NCBI GenBank assembly: GCA_039187085.1
Contig: JBCCZV010000003.1
Coordinates: 6,720 to 70,719, forward strand
DNA length: 64,000 nt
Source of the DNA: Pseudomonadota bacterium
GTDB taxonomy: Bacteria > Pseudomonadota > Gammaproteobacteria > Enterobacterales > JBCCZV01
Reading direction: 5' to 3'
In this document: piece by piece, positions 17,535 through 26,006 of the stretch
Layout of the letters: every line of letters begins with the position of its first letter
Numbering within the stretch: position 1 is the first letter of the stretch
The notes under the pieces: generated by a model
What the model was told of the DNA's origin: nothing
What the model saw: the letters and a program-made list of their open reading frames with translations, nothing else
Databases searched by the model: none
Position numbers and translations under genes: made by a program

Positions 17535-18469
17535 ATGAAGAACCAGATACACACACGGATGACGAAACAGACGAAGAAGGATTGAGAGGGCTTTTAGGTG
17601 AAGAGCCGCCTCCGCGACCTATTATTATTCGGCGTAAATCGAGAGAGAACATTAAATCGCATGGAGGGGCGTGGAAAGTTGCTTATGCTGATTTTGCAAC
17701 AGCAATGATGGCATTTTTTCTTTTAATGTGGATTATTGGTTCAACAACTGAAGAACAAAAAGATGCAATTGCGCACTATTTTGAACAACCTGGCGCAGCA
17801 CCTATTGGGGCGGGTGGCGCTAATGCTAGCATCATTGAACTTAAAAACCCTCTACTCTCACGAAAAGAGGCAGAAGTGATTGATCCTACGCAACAACCTG
17901 AAAAGCCTATTGACGATGACGATTTGCAATTAATGGCTGAACGTCTGGAGCTGCAACGCCTTGCTTCATTGCAACTTGAGCTAGAAGAGCGTGTTAATTC
18001 AGACAAAGCCTTCGAAAGATTCAAAGAGCAAATCCACATTGGTGTGGTACCTGATGGGCTGCGAATTGAAGTCTTTGATAAAAAACATCGCCCAATGTTC
18101 GACAGTGGTGGTCACGAACCCAAGTTTTACACGCGAGCTTTGTTTTTCGCTTTAGCTAAGTTGATCAATCAAGTGCCTAATCGCGTCTCAATTACGGGGC
18201 ATACTGATGCTTTACCCTTTGTTGATAAAGAAAATTATTCAAATTGGGAGTTGTCTTCAGAAAGAGCCAATGCTGCTAGAAGAGCGCTTGAACGTGGCGG
18301 ACTGGATCCAGAAAAAATTGCAAAAGTGGAAGGTTTTGGAGCTTCTGCCCTTTACGATAAGGCTAACCCCACCAATCCAATTAATCGGCGCATAGCCATC
18401 ATTGTTCTAAAGAAATCCGCTATGGATTCGATTGATCAAAATATTTCTCATGAATGGGATATGCGTTGA
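17531..18469 (+). CDS. motB: Flagellar motor stator protein MotB (OmpA-like peptidoglycan-binding C-terminus)
   Basis: Plug/TM segment GGAWKVAYADFATAMMAFFLLMW contains the channel Asp. The C-terminus is OmpA-like (ITGHTDALPF...NWELSSERANAARRAL...NRRIAIIV). Its start overlaps the motA stop (ATGA). Confidence 0.88.
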   Translation: MNEEPDTHTDDETDEEGLRGLLGEEPPPRPIIIRRKSRENIKSHGGAWKVAYADFATAMMAFFLLMWIIGSTTEEQKDAIAHYFEQPGAAPIGAGGANASIIELKNPLLSRKEAEVIDPTQQPEKPIDDDDLQLMAERLELQRLASLQLELEERVNSDKAFERFKEQIHIGVVPDGLRIEVFDKKHRPMFDSGGHEPKFYTRALFFALAKLINQVPNRVSITGHTDALPFVDKENYSNWELSSERANAARRALERGGLDPEKIAKVEGFGASALYDKANPTNPINRRIAIIVLKKSAMDSIDQNISHEWDMR

Positions 18470-18477
18470 GTTTTAGC

Positions 18478-19377
18478 TCAATAACGTATCACTTCAAGCG
18501 ATTCAAGAATATGTAAAAAATTTTCAAAACGTTCTTGGCGAATCTTTCCGGAATCTACTGCATTTTTCACAGCGCAACCGGGCTCTTTAAGGTGAGAACA
18601 ATCCCTAAATTTACATTGTTGACTGTATTTTTGAATTTCCACAAAGCCATTGGTGACATCTTTCGGCGTTAAGTGTGTTAAAGAAAGTTCGCGGATACCG
18701 GGAGAGTCAATAATATTACCTCCTGAGGGTAAATGATAAAGCCTTGAAACTGTAGTAGTGTGCATACCTAATTCTGAGTTATTAGATAACTCTGCAGTGA
18801 GTGTAGCTGCTTCAGGAACTAATGCATTGAGTAAAGAAGATTTACCGACTCCGGACTGCCCAACAAAAATTGTAGTTTTGTCCCTAACCCATTTTTTTAA
18901 ACTCTCGAGTTTATCCAATTCTTTAGTACTTGTGAGCAGCGTATTGTAGCCTAAGTCTTGATACTGTTCCGTTCGTAATTGCACTTCTTTCAGCACGTTG
19001 TCATCTGCCAAGTCCATTTTATTAAACAAGATCAATGGCTGAGCTTGCATTTTTTCGCAAGCGACTAAATAACGATCCAATAGACGAGAAGAAAAAATAG
19101 GTCGAATCGCATTAACTATCACCACTTGATCGATATTAGCTGCAACAGGCTTTAATCCTTCGTAGGGTACAGAACGTTCTAATAATGATTCCCTTGGAAG
19201 GATATCGGTGACAACATAATGGTCTGTTTTCTGTTCTAGAGTAACGCGATCCCCAGTAACTAAGTTTTGTTTTTTTCGACGGATATGACATCTAACCACA
19301 TGCCCATCAGACTTTTCTATATCTGCTTGATTACCAAAACGGCTGATAACAAGTCCCAAAATTTCCTGTTTAGTCAT
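18478..19377 (-). CDS. rsgA: Ribosome small-subunit-dependent GTPase A
   Basis: It has a circularly permuted GTPase (NKMDL ... VGQSGVGKSSLLNAL) and a zinc motif (CKFRDCSHLKEPGCAV). Confidence 0.93.
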   Translation of the reverse strand: MTKQEILGLVISRFGNQADIEKSDGHVVRCHIRRKKQNLVTGDRVTLEQKTDHYVVTDILPRESLLERSVPYEGLKPVAANIDQVVIVNAIRPIFSSRLLDRYLVACEKMQAQPLILFNKMDLADDNVLKEVQLRTEQYQDLGYNTLLTSTKELDKLESLKKWVRDKTTIFVGQSGVGKSSLLNALVPEAATLTAELSNNSELGMHTTTVSRLYHLPSGGNIIDSPGIRELSLTHLTPKDVTNGFVEIQKYSQQCKFRDCSHLKEPGCAVKNAVDSGKIRQERFENFLHILESLEVIRY

Positions 19378-19744
19378 TGCTTTTTAACGATTTAGGACCA
19401 AAATTTCCTGAATTATCAAGTGCTTCCACTTTAGCTGCACAAATGAGATCGTTTAAAGTGACTTGATTGCCACTATCATGGGTGGTGAAAGTTACACCAC
19501 ATTGATCGTAACTTACTGTTAAATCAGGATGGTGGGCTTCTTTATTGGCTATAAAGGCGATGGCATTAACGAAGCTTATAACATGATAATAATTCTTAAA
19601 AGAGAACTGTTTGTGCAAGGTGCCTGAGTGACTGTCATAAGTCCAATTGGGTAACTGAACCAAATAAGCGTCAATTTCTTCAAGATTTAGGGCCTTTTGA
19701 TGCGCGTCATCATATTGGCAATCTTGCTGATTAAGTTCTGACAT
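19370..19744 (-). CDS. phhB: Pterin-4-alpha-carbinolamine dehydratase family protein
   Basis: 124 aa with FKNYYHVISFVNAIAFIANKEAHHPDLTVSYDQCGVTFTTHDSG, the PCD/DCoH signature including HHPD. It overlaps the rsgA start by 8 nt. Confidence 0.85.
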   Translation of the reverse strand: MSELNQQDCQYDDAHQKALNLEEIDAYLVQLPNWTYDSHSGTLHKQFSFKNYYHVISFVNAIAFIANKEAHHPDLTVSYDQCGVTFTTHDSGNQVTLNDLICAAKVEALDNSGNFGPKSLKSND

Positions 19745-20152
19745 AAGGGCAAATTCCTATCAAATGAATGACCTAAGAGAGTTGTATTATATGTAAACTG
19801 AACGCAGTTTAAGTTTAAGAGTCAACGAGCATCTTCCAAGATGTCTTTGTGCGATGGCCACAATGTAGTCCCTATGCTGCATCCAAATACAGTCGTCTGA
19901 CTCTAAGTAAGCTTACAAACATTGAATAGTAAGCTATTTTGATAAAAAACATAAGGTTTGTCTGTTTTTCAAAGTGTAATCTGTTGTAAGTAAAAGGTTG
20001 AGCTCAAACTCTATTGTGTTGTGTGGTAGAAATTACACGTGTAGTATAAGCATTTAAGCTGTCGTAGTGAGTTGCTGCTAGACTTAAAGTAAAGTAGCAA
20101 CCAAAATCCTTAGCATTCATGAAAACTATTAAGCAGGTAGTGTAAGTCAACG

Positions 20153-20701
20153 ATGAGTATTAGCGAAGATAATTTGGTTTGGATCGATATGGAGATGTCA
20201 GGGCTGGATCCTGAAACCGATCGTATTTTAGAAATGGCAACTATCATAACCGATAGCGAGCTTAACGTTATTGCAGAAGGTCCTGTATTTGCCATTTACC
20301 AATCCGAAGAAGTGCTTCGAAATATGGATGAATGGAATACTAGCCACCATACTCGTTCAGGACTTGTCGAACGTGTGAAGGAAAGTCGAATTGACGAGGC
20401 AGAAGCGGAAAAGCTAACGCTCGAGTTTATATCGAGTTATGTTGCGGCAGGCCAATCTCCTTTGTGTGGTAACAGTATTTTTCAAGATCGTCGCTTTATT
20501 TCCCGCTACATGAAGTCATTGGATAAATTTCTACACTATCGTTTAATCGACGTGAGTACTGTCAAAGAGTTAGCGCGACGCTGGAATAACGAAGTATGTG
20601 ACAGTGTAAAGAAAGCTGGTTCTCACAAAGCGTTAGATGACATACGTGAATCTATTGCAGAATTACAACACTACCATAAAACATTTTTTAAATTGCCTTA
20701 A
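20153..20701 (+). CDS. orn: Oligoribonuclease
   Basis: 182 aa with the DEDDh motifs [31 protein letters not shown] and [14 protein letters not shown]. Confidence 0.96.
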   Translation: MSISEDNLVWIDMEMSGLDPETDRILEMATIITDSELNVIAEGPVFAIYQSEEVLRNMDEWNTSHHTRSGLVERVKESRIDEAEAEKLTLEFISSYVAAGQSPLCGNSIFQDRRFISRYMKSLDKFLHYRLIDVSTVKELARRWNNEVCDSVKKAGSHKALDDIRESIAELQHYHKTFFKLP

Positions 20702-21171
20702 GTCACTCTGATAGCACCAAGTAGCAGGGTAATTTTGCATTAAATTGTAATTATATTTAACATGTCTGAATATCAATAAGTTGTAAACCTTTTTTCTTCT
20801 AATTCTTTCCTCATTTTCTTGAAAATTTCCATTGTTCGATGAGGAAAGATAACCTCATATAAACGAGCATTAACTGTTTCGTGTTTTAAACGCATAGTTC
20901 AAGAAAATACTGAAATAATTTTAAGCTCGAGGCAGCACGATTCTCTATAGCTTATTGAAATTTTTTCACTTCTTATCTCAAGCGTTTTTTATTCTCCATA
21001 TATTCTTTCTTGCTTTTTGTAGGAAATCTAGCCAGCTATTGTTTCATCGTCTAGACTTTTAGAGCAATAAATTAAGTTATAGAAAAGCTCGACACTTTAA
21101 TGAATTATCCTCGCTAAGTTCGTTGGGGTTGTTGGTTCAATGTTGAGAAATTCAGACAGTTAGGATTGCCT

Positions 21172-21870
21172 ATGAAAAGATTAATTGCCTACTGCTTGCT
21201 TGCTTCCTTTTTCTCATTAGGCGTAGTTAAAGCAGACAAGCTTTATGTCTTTGTTCCTTCAGATATGAGGGCCAAAGTTTTACAAGATAAAATTACCAGT
21301 TTATGTAAGGATGCTGAAGTAACGGTGTTTGGTCGAGTTAAAGATTTTACTAAACGAGTCAAAAGCGAACCGCCTCATGCCATTATTGCACTTTCTCCTG
21401 TCATCGAATCCAATCCCTCTTTTAAAAAATTGCTTCAAGGTGTTAATGATGAGGGCACCATTAAAGAACCTTATTTACTAGTAGCGGTAGATCAAGCTGT
21501 TGATGCTGCAAGCTTAGGCAACAAAAAAATTGGTGTTGTGGACATTCTGGGTCGGAAAAGCATGAAGAAATATTTAGCGGATAATTTAAGCCCTGATGTG
21601 AAAATGAAAAGCGTAACAAAAGTTGAAGACCTCTTACCCTTACTCACTTTCAAAGCTGTAGATGCAATATTTGTTTCAGAGTCCATCTTCGAAAAACTGA
21701 AAGAAAAAACCGAATTGAATTTGCAAGTTACAAAGCTTGAAGCAACGGTTGGCTTAGTGTCCACGGCCCTTGCCAATGAACAAGCAAGGGCTAAATTCAC
21801 CGAATGTGTTAACGCTTTCTCCGCAGACATTAATGCAGCAATGGGAGTGGAAAAATGGAAAAATTTATAA
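21172..21870 (+). CDS. Secreted periplasmic binding-protein-like protein (type-2 PBP / PhnD-like impression), first gene of the sensor module
   Basis: ATG 21172 sits 6 nt behind AGGA; the ORF track starts at TTG 21166. The signal peptide is MKRLIAYCLLASFFSLGVVKA/DK. The pattern KKIGVVDILGRKSMKKYL...AVDAIFVSESIF resembles solute-binding proteins. The fold assignment is by eye only. Confidence 0.5.
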   Translation: MKRLIAYCLLASFFSLGVVKADKLYVFVPSDMRAKVLQDKITSLCKDAEVTVFGRVKDFTKRVKSEPPHAIIALSPVIESNPSFKKLLQGVNDEGTIKEPYLLVAVDQAVDAASLGNKKIGVVDILGRKSMKKYLADNLSPDVKMKSVTKVEDLLPLLTFKAVDAIFVSESIFEKLKEKTELNLQVTKLEATVGLVSTALANEQARAKFTECVNAFSADINAAMGVEKWKNL

Positions 21871-22874
21871 TTCGCTCGAGAATGTTGAGAATTCGTTTAA
21901 TGAGTTCGGTTTTTATGAGCAAATCGACTTGGCTGTTTTTGGCCACGTTAATGACTTTCTCATTCAATTCAAGAGCTGACACTATTTTACTTGTCCATGA
22001 CAAAGGTGAAGCTTTCTCCGATGTGAAAAACGGTTTCATAGACGAAATCGATGGAGAATTTACTATTGAATCACTTGAAGTTACCAAATCTACATCGAGT
22101 GATGCAATCTCCAAATCAACAAAAAAAATTAATCCAAAACTCATCGTTCTCGCTGGGAATACTGCTGTAAAATTTTACGCTGATTATCAAAAAAGTCAGG
22201 GTTCTGACAATATTCCGGCTTCATTGGTGGTTGCTGCTTTGTTTGCAGACAAGCTCGTCGGTAACTTAAAAAATGCTACAGCTATACGTTATGAAATACC
22301 AGCAGTGACCAGTATGGTTAACTTAAGGTCTATTTCAAGTGGTTCGATGCAAAAAATTGGTGTGATTTATCGTGAGTGGATGAAAGATTTAATTAAGAAA
22401 AACAAAGATTTTCTTGCTCAAGAAGGTTTTCAGTTGGTTACTGTCAGTCTTGATAACAAAACCAGTAAGCCAGAAAAAGATATCAAAAAAGCAATTAAAA
22501 ATTTGAAAAAAGAGAAAATTGATGCTCTATGGATCATCAATGATAACACTTTACTCAACGGTAATACTTTAAAGAAAGCTTGGATACCAGGGTTAAAAAA
22601 CACCAAGTTCTCAGTTGTAGTTAATGCGGAAACATTAATATCAACAAAATTTAAATTTGGGAATTTTGCAGTTTATCCTGACCATTACGGGCTAGGTATT
22701 CAGGTCGCCAATGCTGTTTTTGATATTGCCGATTCAGACTGGTCGATTGATGATCGAGATATTGAAGAGCCTTTATCTGTCAAAAAAGCTTTGAATGTTA
22801 AATTGACTGAGAAAAAAGGTATTGAGCTTAAAAGTACCGCTTTAAGTACTGTGGATAAAGTGGTGAAAAAATAA
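21855..22874 (+). CDS. Secreted ABC_sub_bind-like periplasmic binding protein, second gene of the sensor module
   Basis: A GGAG SD lies 7 nt before ATG 21855, and the gene overlaps the previous one by 16 nt. The hydrophobic segment TWLFLATLMTFSFNSRA/DT looks like a signal peptide. IGVIYREW...QEGFQLVTVSLDN...KIDALWIINDNTLL resembles the PF04392-type binding-protein family (from memory). Confidence 0.55.
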   Translation: MEKFIIRSRMLRIRLMSSVFMSKSTWLFLATLMTFSFNSRADTILLVHDKGEAFSDVKNGFIDEIDGEFTIESLEVTKSTSSDAISKSTKKINPKLIVLAGNTAVKFYADYQKSQGSDNIPASLVVAALFADKLVGNLKNATAIRYEIPAVTSMVNLRSISSGSMQKIGVIYREWMKDLIKKNKDFLAQEGFQLVTVSLDNKTSKPEKDIKKAIKNLKKEKIDALWIINDNTLLNGNTLKKAWIPGLKNTKFSVVVNAETLISTKFKFGNFAVYPDHYGLGIQVANAVFDIADSDWSIDDRDIEEPLSVKKALNVKLTEKKGIELKSTALSTVDKVVKK

Positions 22875-22928
22875 TTGTACTGATAAAAATCTTTTTTCGT
22901 TAACTTTTAGTAGGTAAATACAAATCTC

Positions 22929-25811
22929 ATGGACAAAGCGTTCAGAAGCATAAGAGCTAAACTCATCAGTAATGGAAGTGCCATTCTTATTGGCACTTTC
23001 TTATTGGTAATTTCTATTACTGTGTATATGAATATTCAGACATCTGAAAAACAATTAACAGCTACCGAAGAGAATATTAGGACTTCGCTGTTAGCTAAAG
23101 GCCAAACGCTTATTGCGAACAACAGTCAAGCTTTAAAAGGAATGGTAGGTGACAACGCGTTTGGCGCAGTTCAACAATTGGTTGCTTCTACGGTTCGCGA
23201 TGATCCTGATATACGTTACGGCATTTTCATGGATGTGGAAATGTCTCCTTGGGTTATGGCCGATGGTGAAAATACTACTGGTGAAATTACTAACCGTATT
23301 GAACTTGATGATGAACAAAGTGTTTGGGTGTCCGAGCTTACGGAGGTTTCTTTCAAACGTTTGGATCGGTTAGGTGAAGTGATTTATGAATTTGCCGCCC
23401 CTGTTATTGATGATGATGAAATTTTAGGTTTTATTCGTTACGGATTTACAACGGCTAGTATGCAGAGATCTTTGGGAGTAGCACGTGAAGAAGCACAACA
23501 AGCTTTAATCTATACCATTAGTATTGTAGGTGCCGTGGGCCTTTTAGCTGTCATCGCAGGTATGTTTTTTAACACCAGTATGGCAACGCGTATTACACGG
23601 CCTTTACAATCTTTGACCGCTGCAGCGGGGACCATAGCGCAAGGTGATTACAGTAAAAGTATTACACGAGAGTCGAATGATGAAATTGGTCGTTTAGCAG
23701 AAAACTTTAATACTATGCGACTCACTATTCAGAAAAAGATGCAAGATCTTTCTGAGTTAAACAAAGTTGGGGAAGAACTGGCCGGAATTACTGTCAAAGA
23801 TAAAGCTTTAGAAGCTTCTATGGTTGCTATGCAATCACATACGGGAGTGAGAGAAGGATCTGTTTATCTTTATAACGAACATGGTCATTTTGAAATGCAA
23901 ATTTCTTATCCACTTAAAATCACTCATGAATCACCTAAAACATTTCGAGAAGGTGAAGGTGTACTTGGTATTGCTGCTCGTGAAAAAAAAGTTATTTTTG
24001 TTCCTGATACTTCTCAAGAAAATCAGTTTATTCAAGTTCGTGATGAAGAAGGTAAAGCACTGCTATGTGTTCCCATGATTGATAATGATATTGTTATTGG
24101 AGTGATGAATTTTTCGGGAGCTATTGACCAAGTAAACTTTTCTGATAGTGATTATGAATATGCTTCTTCTGTGGCACGACTTTTAGTGATTACACTGAAA
24201 AATATTCGTATGCGTGAAGAAATTGAAGAGCATAACCGTAACTTGGAAGTGAAAGTACAAAAAAGAACGGCAGCTTTACAAGAAAAAACCAATGACATTG
24301 TTAGCATGATGGAAAACATGCACCAGGGTTTATTCACTGTTATTGAGGGCAGTGTTATTCATCCTGAATATGCAGCATATCTTGAAGAAATTTTTAATAC
24401 TAAACATATTGCTGGCCGCAGTATTATGGATTTGGTTTTTACCCACACTGATTTAGGTGCAGATGCATTAAACCAAGTAGAAACAGCGCTTTCGGTGTTA
24501 ATTGGTGCCGATGAAATGATGTATGATTTTAATTCACACTTATTAGTCACGGAGCTTACAAAAACTTTTGAAAATGGTGACAAAAAGATTTTAGAGCTTG
24601 ATTGGGACCCTATTATTTTCGAAGATGAAATTCAAAAAATTATGGTGACAGTAAGAGATGTTACTGAGTTAAAAGCTTTAGAAAAAGAATCTGAAGCTCA
24701 AAAACGCGAGTTGGAAATCATTGGTCAAATATTATCACTGGATGAAGAGAAATTTATTCAATTCCTCAAAACTGCAGACAGTTTTGTTAATGAAAACAGG
24801 GAGTTGATAAACACTAATAGCGACAAAAATAATGATGTGATTGCAACTCTATTTAGGAATATGCATACAATAAAAGGTAATGCAAGAACTTATGATTTTA
24901 AATTTGTGACTGATTCAGTTCATGAAGCTGAGAATACCTACGATGAGCTTCGAAAAGATGATACGAAGCTTTGGGATAAGTCAGTCTTGTTACAAGAATT
25001 AGATGTAGTCGAAGAAAACATTTTGGTATACAAACGTGTTGGTGAAGAAAAACTGGGAAGGTCTGTTGCATCCGGTGGCAAAACGAGTTTAAACCAACAA
25101 ACCGTGGATCGAATTATCAATGGTTTTGCCAGTCTGGACCTTGCCAATGTGCCAGAACCTACGAAAAAACAATTGCAATTAGCGATTGCGCAAGTTAGTG
25201 CTCTTGATACAGAAGAATTTGAATCCGTTATTGGAAATATTTTGAAAGCTGTGCCATCAATAGCTGAAGAACTGGGTAAGCCTGCGCCTAATATCAATAT
25301 TGATTTTGAACATTATCGTATCCGTAAAAATGCAACCTCAATAGTGGGTGATGTTTTTTCTCATATTATTCGTAATTCATTGGATCATGGTATCGAGCCT
25401 GGAGATGAGCGAGTCAATAAAGGTAAGAAAGAAAATGGTGTAATTTCAGTGAGTGCATGGCAAGAAAATAATGCTTTGAAGATTGCCGTGCGTGATGATG
25501 GAAGAGGTTTAGGAATTGCTAGATTAAAGAAAAAAGGTATTGAAAAAGGTCTTTTTGCGGCAAGTGACTCACCACAGATGTCAGATATCGTTGGCTTGGT
25601 TTTTGAATCAGGCATGTCAACAGCAGAAAAAGTCACAGGTATTTCAGGCCGAGGTGTTGGCATGGAAGCTGTAAAACAATTTATGGAACAAAATGGAGGC
25701 AGTATTGAGCTGATTGTTGACGAAAATAGCTCAATTAATGAGGAGTTTGCACCTTTTCAAACTGTACTCACATTACCTCAGTCTATGTATGTGGCCCTTG
25801 AAGCCGCTTAA
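22929..25811 (+). CDS. Transmembrane HAMP-GAF sensor fused to a CheA-type Hpt(P1)-P3-P4 histidine kinase core
   Basis: 960 aa. Order: TM1 (res about 17-35), a roughly 160-aa periplasmic segment, TM2 (IYTISIVGAVGLLAVIAGMFF), HAMP (EIGRLAENFNTM), then a GAF-like domain (GVLGIAAREKKVIFVPD...VIGVMNF). The Hpt region LFRNMHTIKGNARTYDF...VHEAENTYDELR aligns with CheA P1, and QQTVDRIINGFASL looks P3-like. The CheA-type ATPase motifs are HIIRNSLDHGIE, VRDDGRGL and GISGRGVGMEAVKQFMEQNGGSIEL. There is no HisKA H-box and no CheW-like domain. Confidence 0.8.
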   Translation: MDKAFRSIRAKLISNGSAILIGTFLLVISITVYMNIQTSEKQLTATEENIRTSLLAKGQTLIANNSQALKGMVGDNAFGAVQQLVASTVRDDPDIRYGIFMDVEMSPWVMADGENTTGEITNRIELDDEQSVWVSELTEVSFKRLDRLGEVIYEFAAPVIDDDEILGFIRYGFTTASMQRSLGVAREEAQQALIYTISIVGAVGLLAVIAGMFFNTSMATRITRPLQSLTAAAGTIAQGDYSKSITRESNDEIGRLAENFNTMRLTIQKKMQDLSELNKVGEELAGITVKDKALEASMVAMQSHTGVREGSVYLYNEHGHFEMQISYPLKITHESPKTFREGEGVLGIAAREKKVIFVPDTSQENQFIQVRDEEGKALLCVPMIDNDIVIGVMNFSGAIDQVNFSDSDYEYASSVARLLVITLKNIRMREEIEEHNRNLEVKVQKRTAALQEKTNDIVSMMENMHQGLFTVIEGSVIHPEYAAYLEEIFNTKHIAGRSIMDLVFTHTDLGADALNQVETALSVLIGADEMMYDFNSHLLVTELTKTFENGDKKILELDWDPIIFEDEIQKIMVTVRDVTELKALEKESEAQKRELEIIGQILSLDEEKFIQFLKTADSFVNENRELINTNSDKNNDVIATLFRNMHTIKGNARTYDFKFVTDSVHEAENTYDELRKDDTKLWDKSVLLQELDVVEENILVYKRVGEEKLGRSVASGGKTSLNQQTVDRIINGFASLDLANVPEPTKKQLQLAIAQVSALDTEEFESVIGNILKAVPSIAEELGKPAPNINIDFEHYRIRKNATSIVGDVFSHIIRNSLDHGIEPGDERVNKGKKENGVISVSAWQENNALKIAVRDDGRGLGIARLKKKGIEKGLFAASDSPQMSDIVGLVFESGMSTAEKVTGISGRGVGMEAVKQFMEQNGGSIELIVDENSSINEEFAPFQTVLTLPQSMYVALEAA

Positions 25812-26006
25812 ATATCGCTGTTGTTCTTTCATGCTCATGTGAAGTTAGGTGTAAGCGTCTTTCAAACAGAAAAAGGTTTTTATTGATCTCATTTAATGGT
25901 GGATATACAACCTCTTAAGGTCCAATTAATGCAAGCCTTACTATGATCCCAAAAAATAGGGCTTTCGTAATCTTTCTTAATTTATTCTAATTAGGATTCG
26001 ATTCCA

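Noticed and set aside
25991-26006. This is a tRNA T-loop-like string, AGGATTCGATTCCAAT, at the right edge of the sensor module. It could be a tRNA 3' remnant or att site.
   Set aside because: The flanking bases cannot form a T-stem or an acceptor stem, and I could not find a second copy at the left edge (20.7-21.2 kb). It also overlaps the photolyase SD region, so it is probably coincidental.
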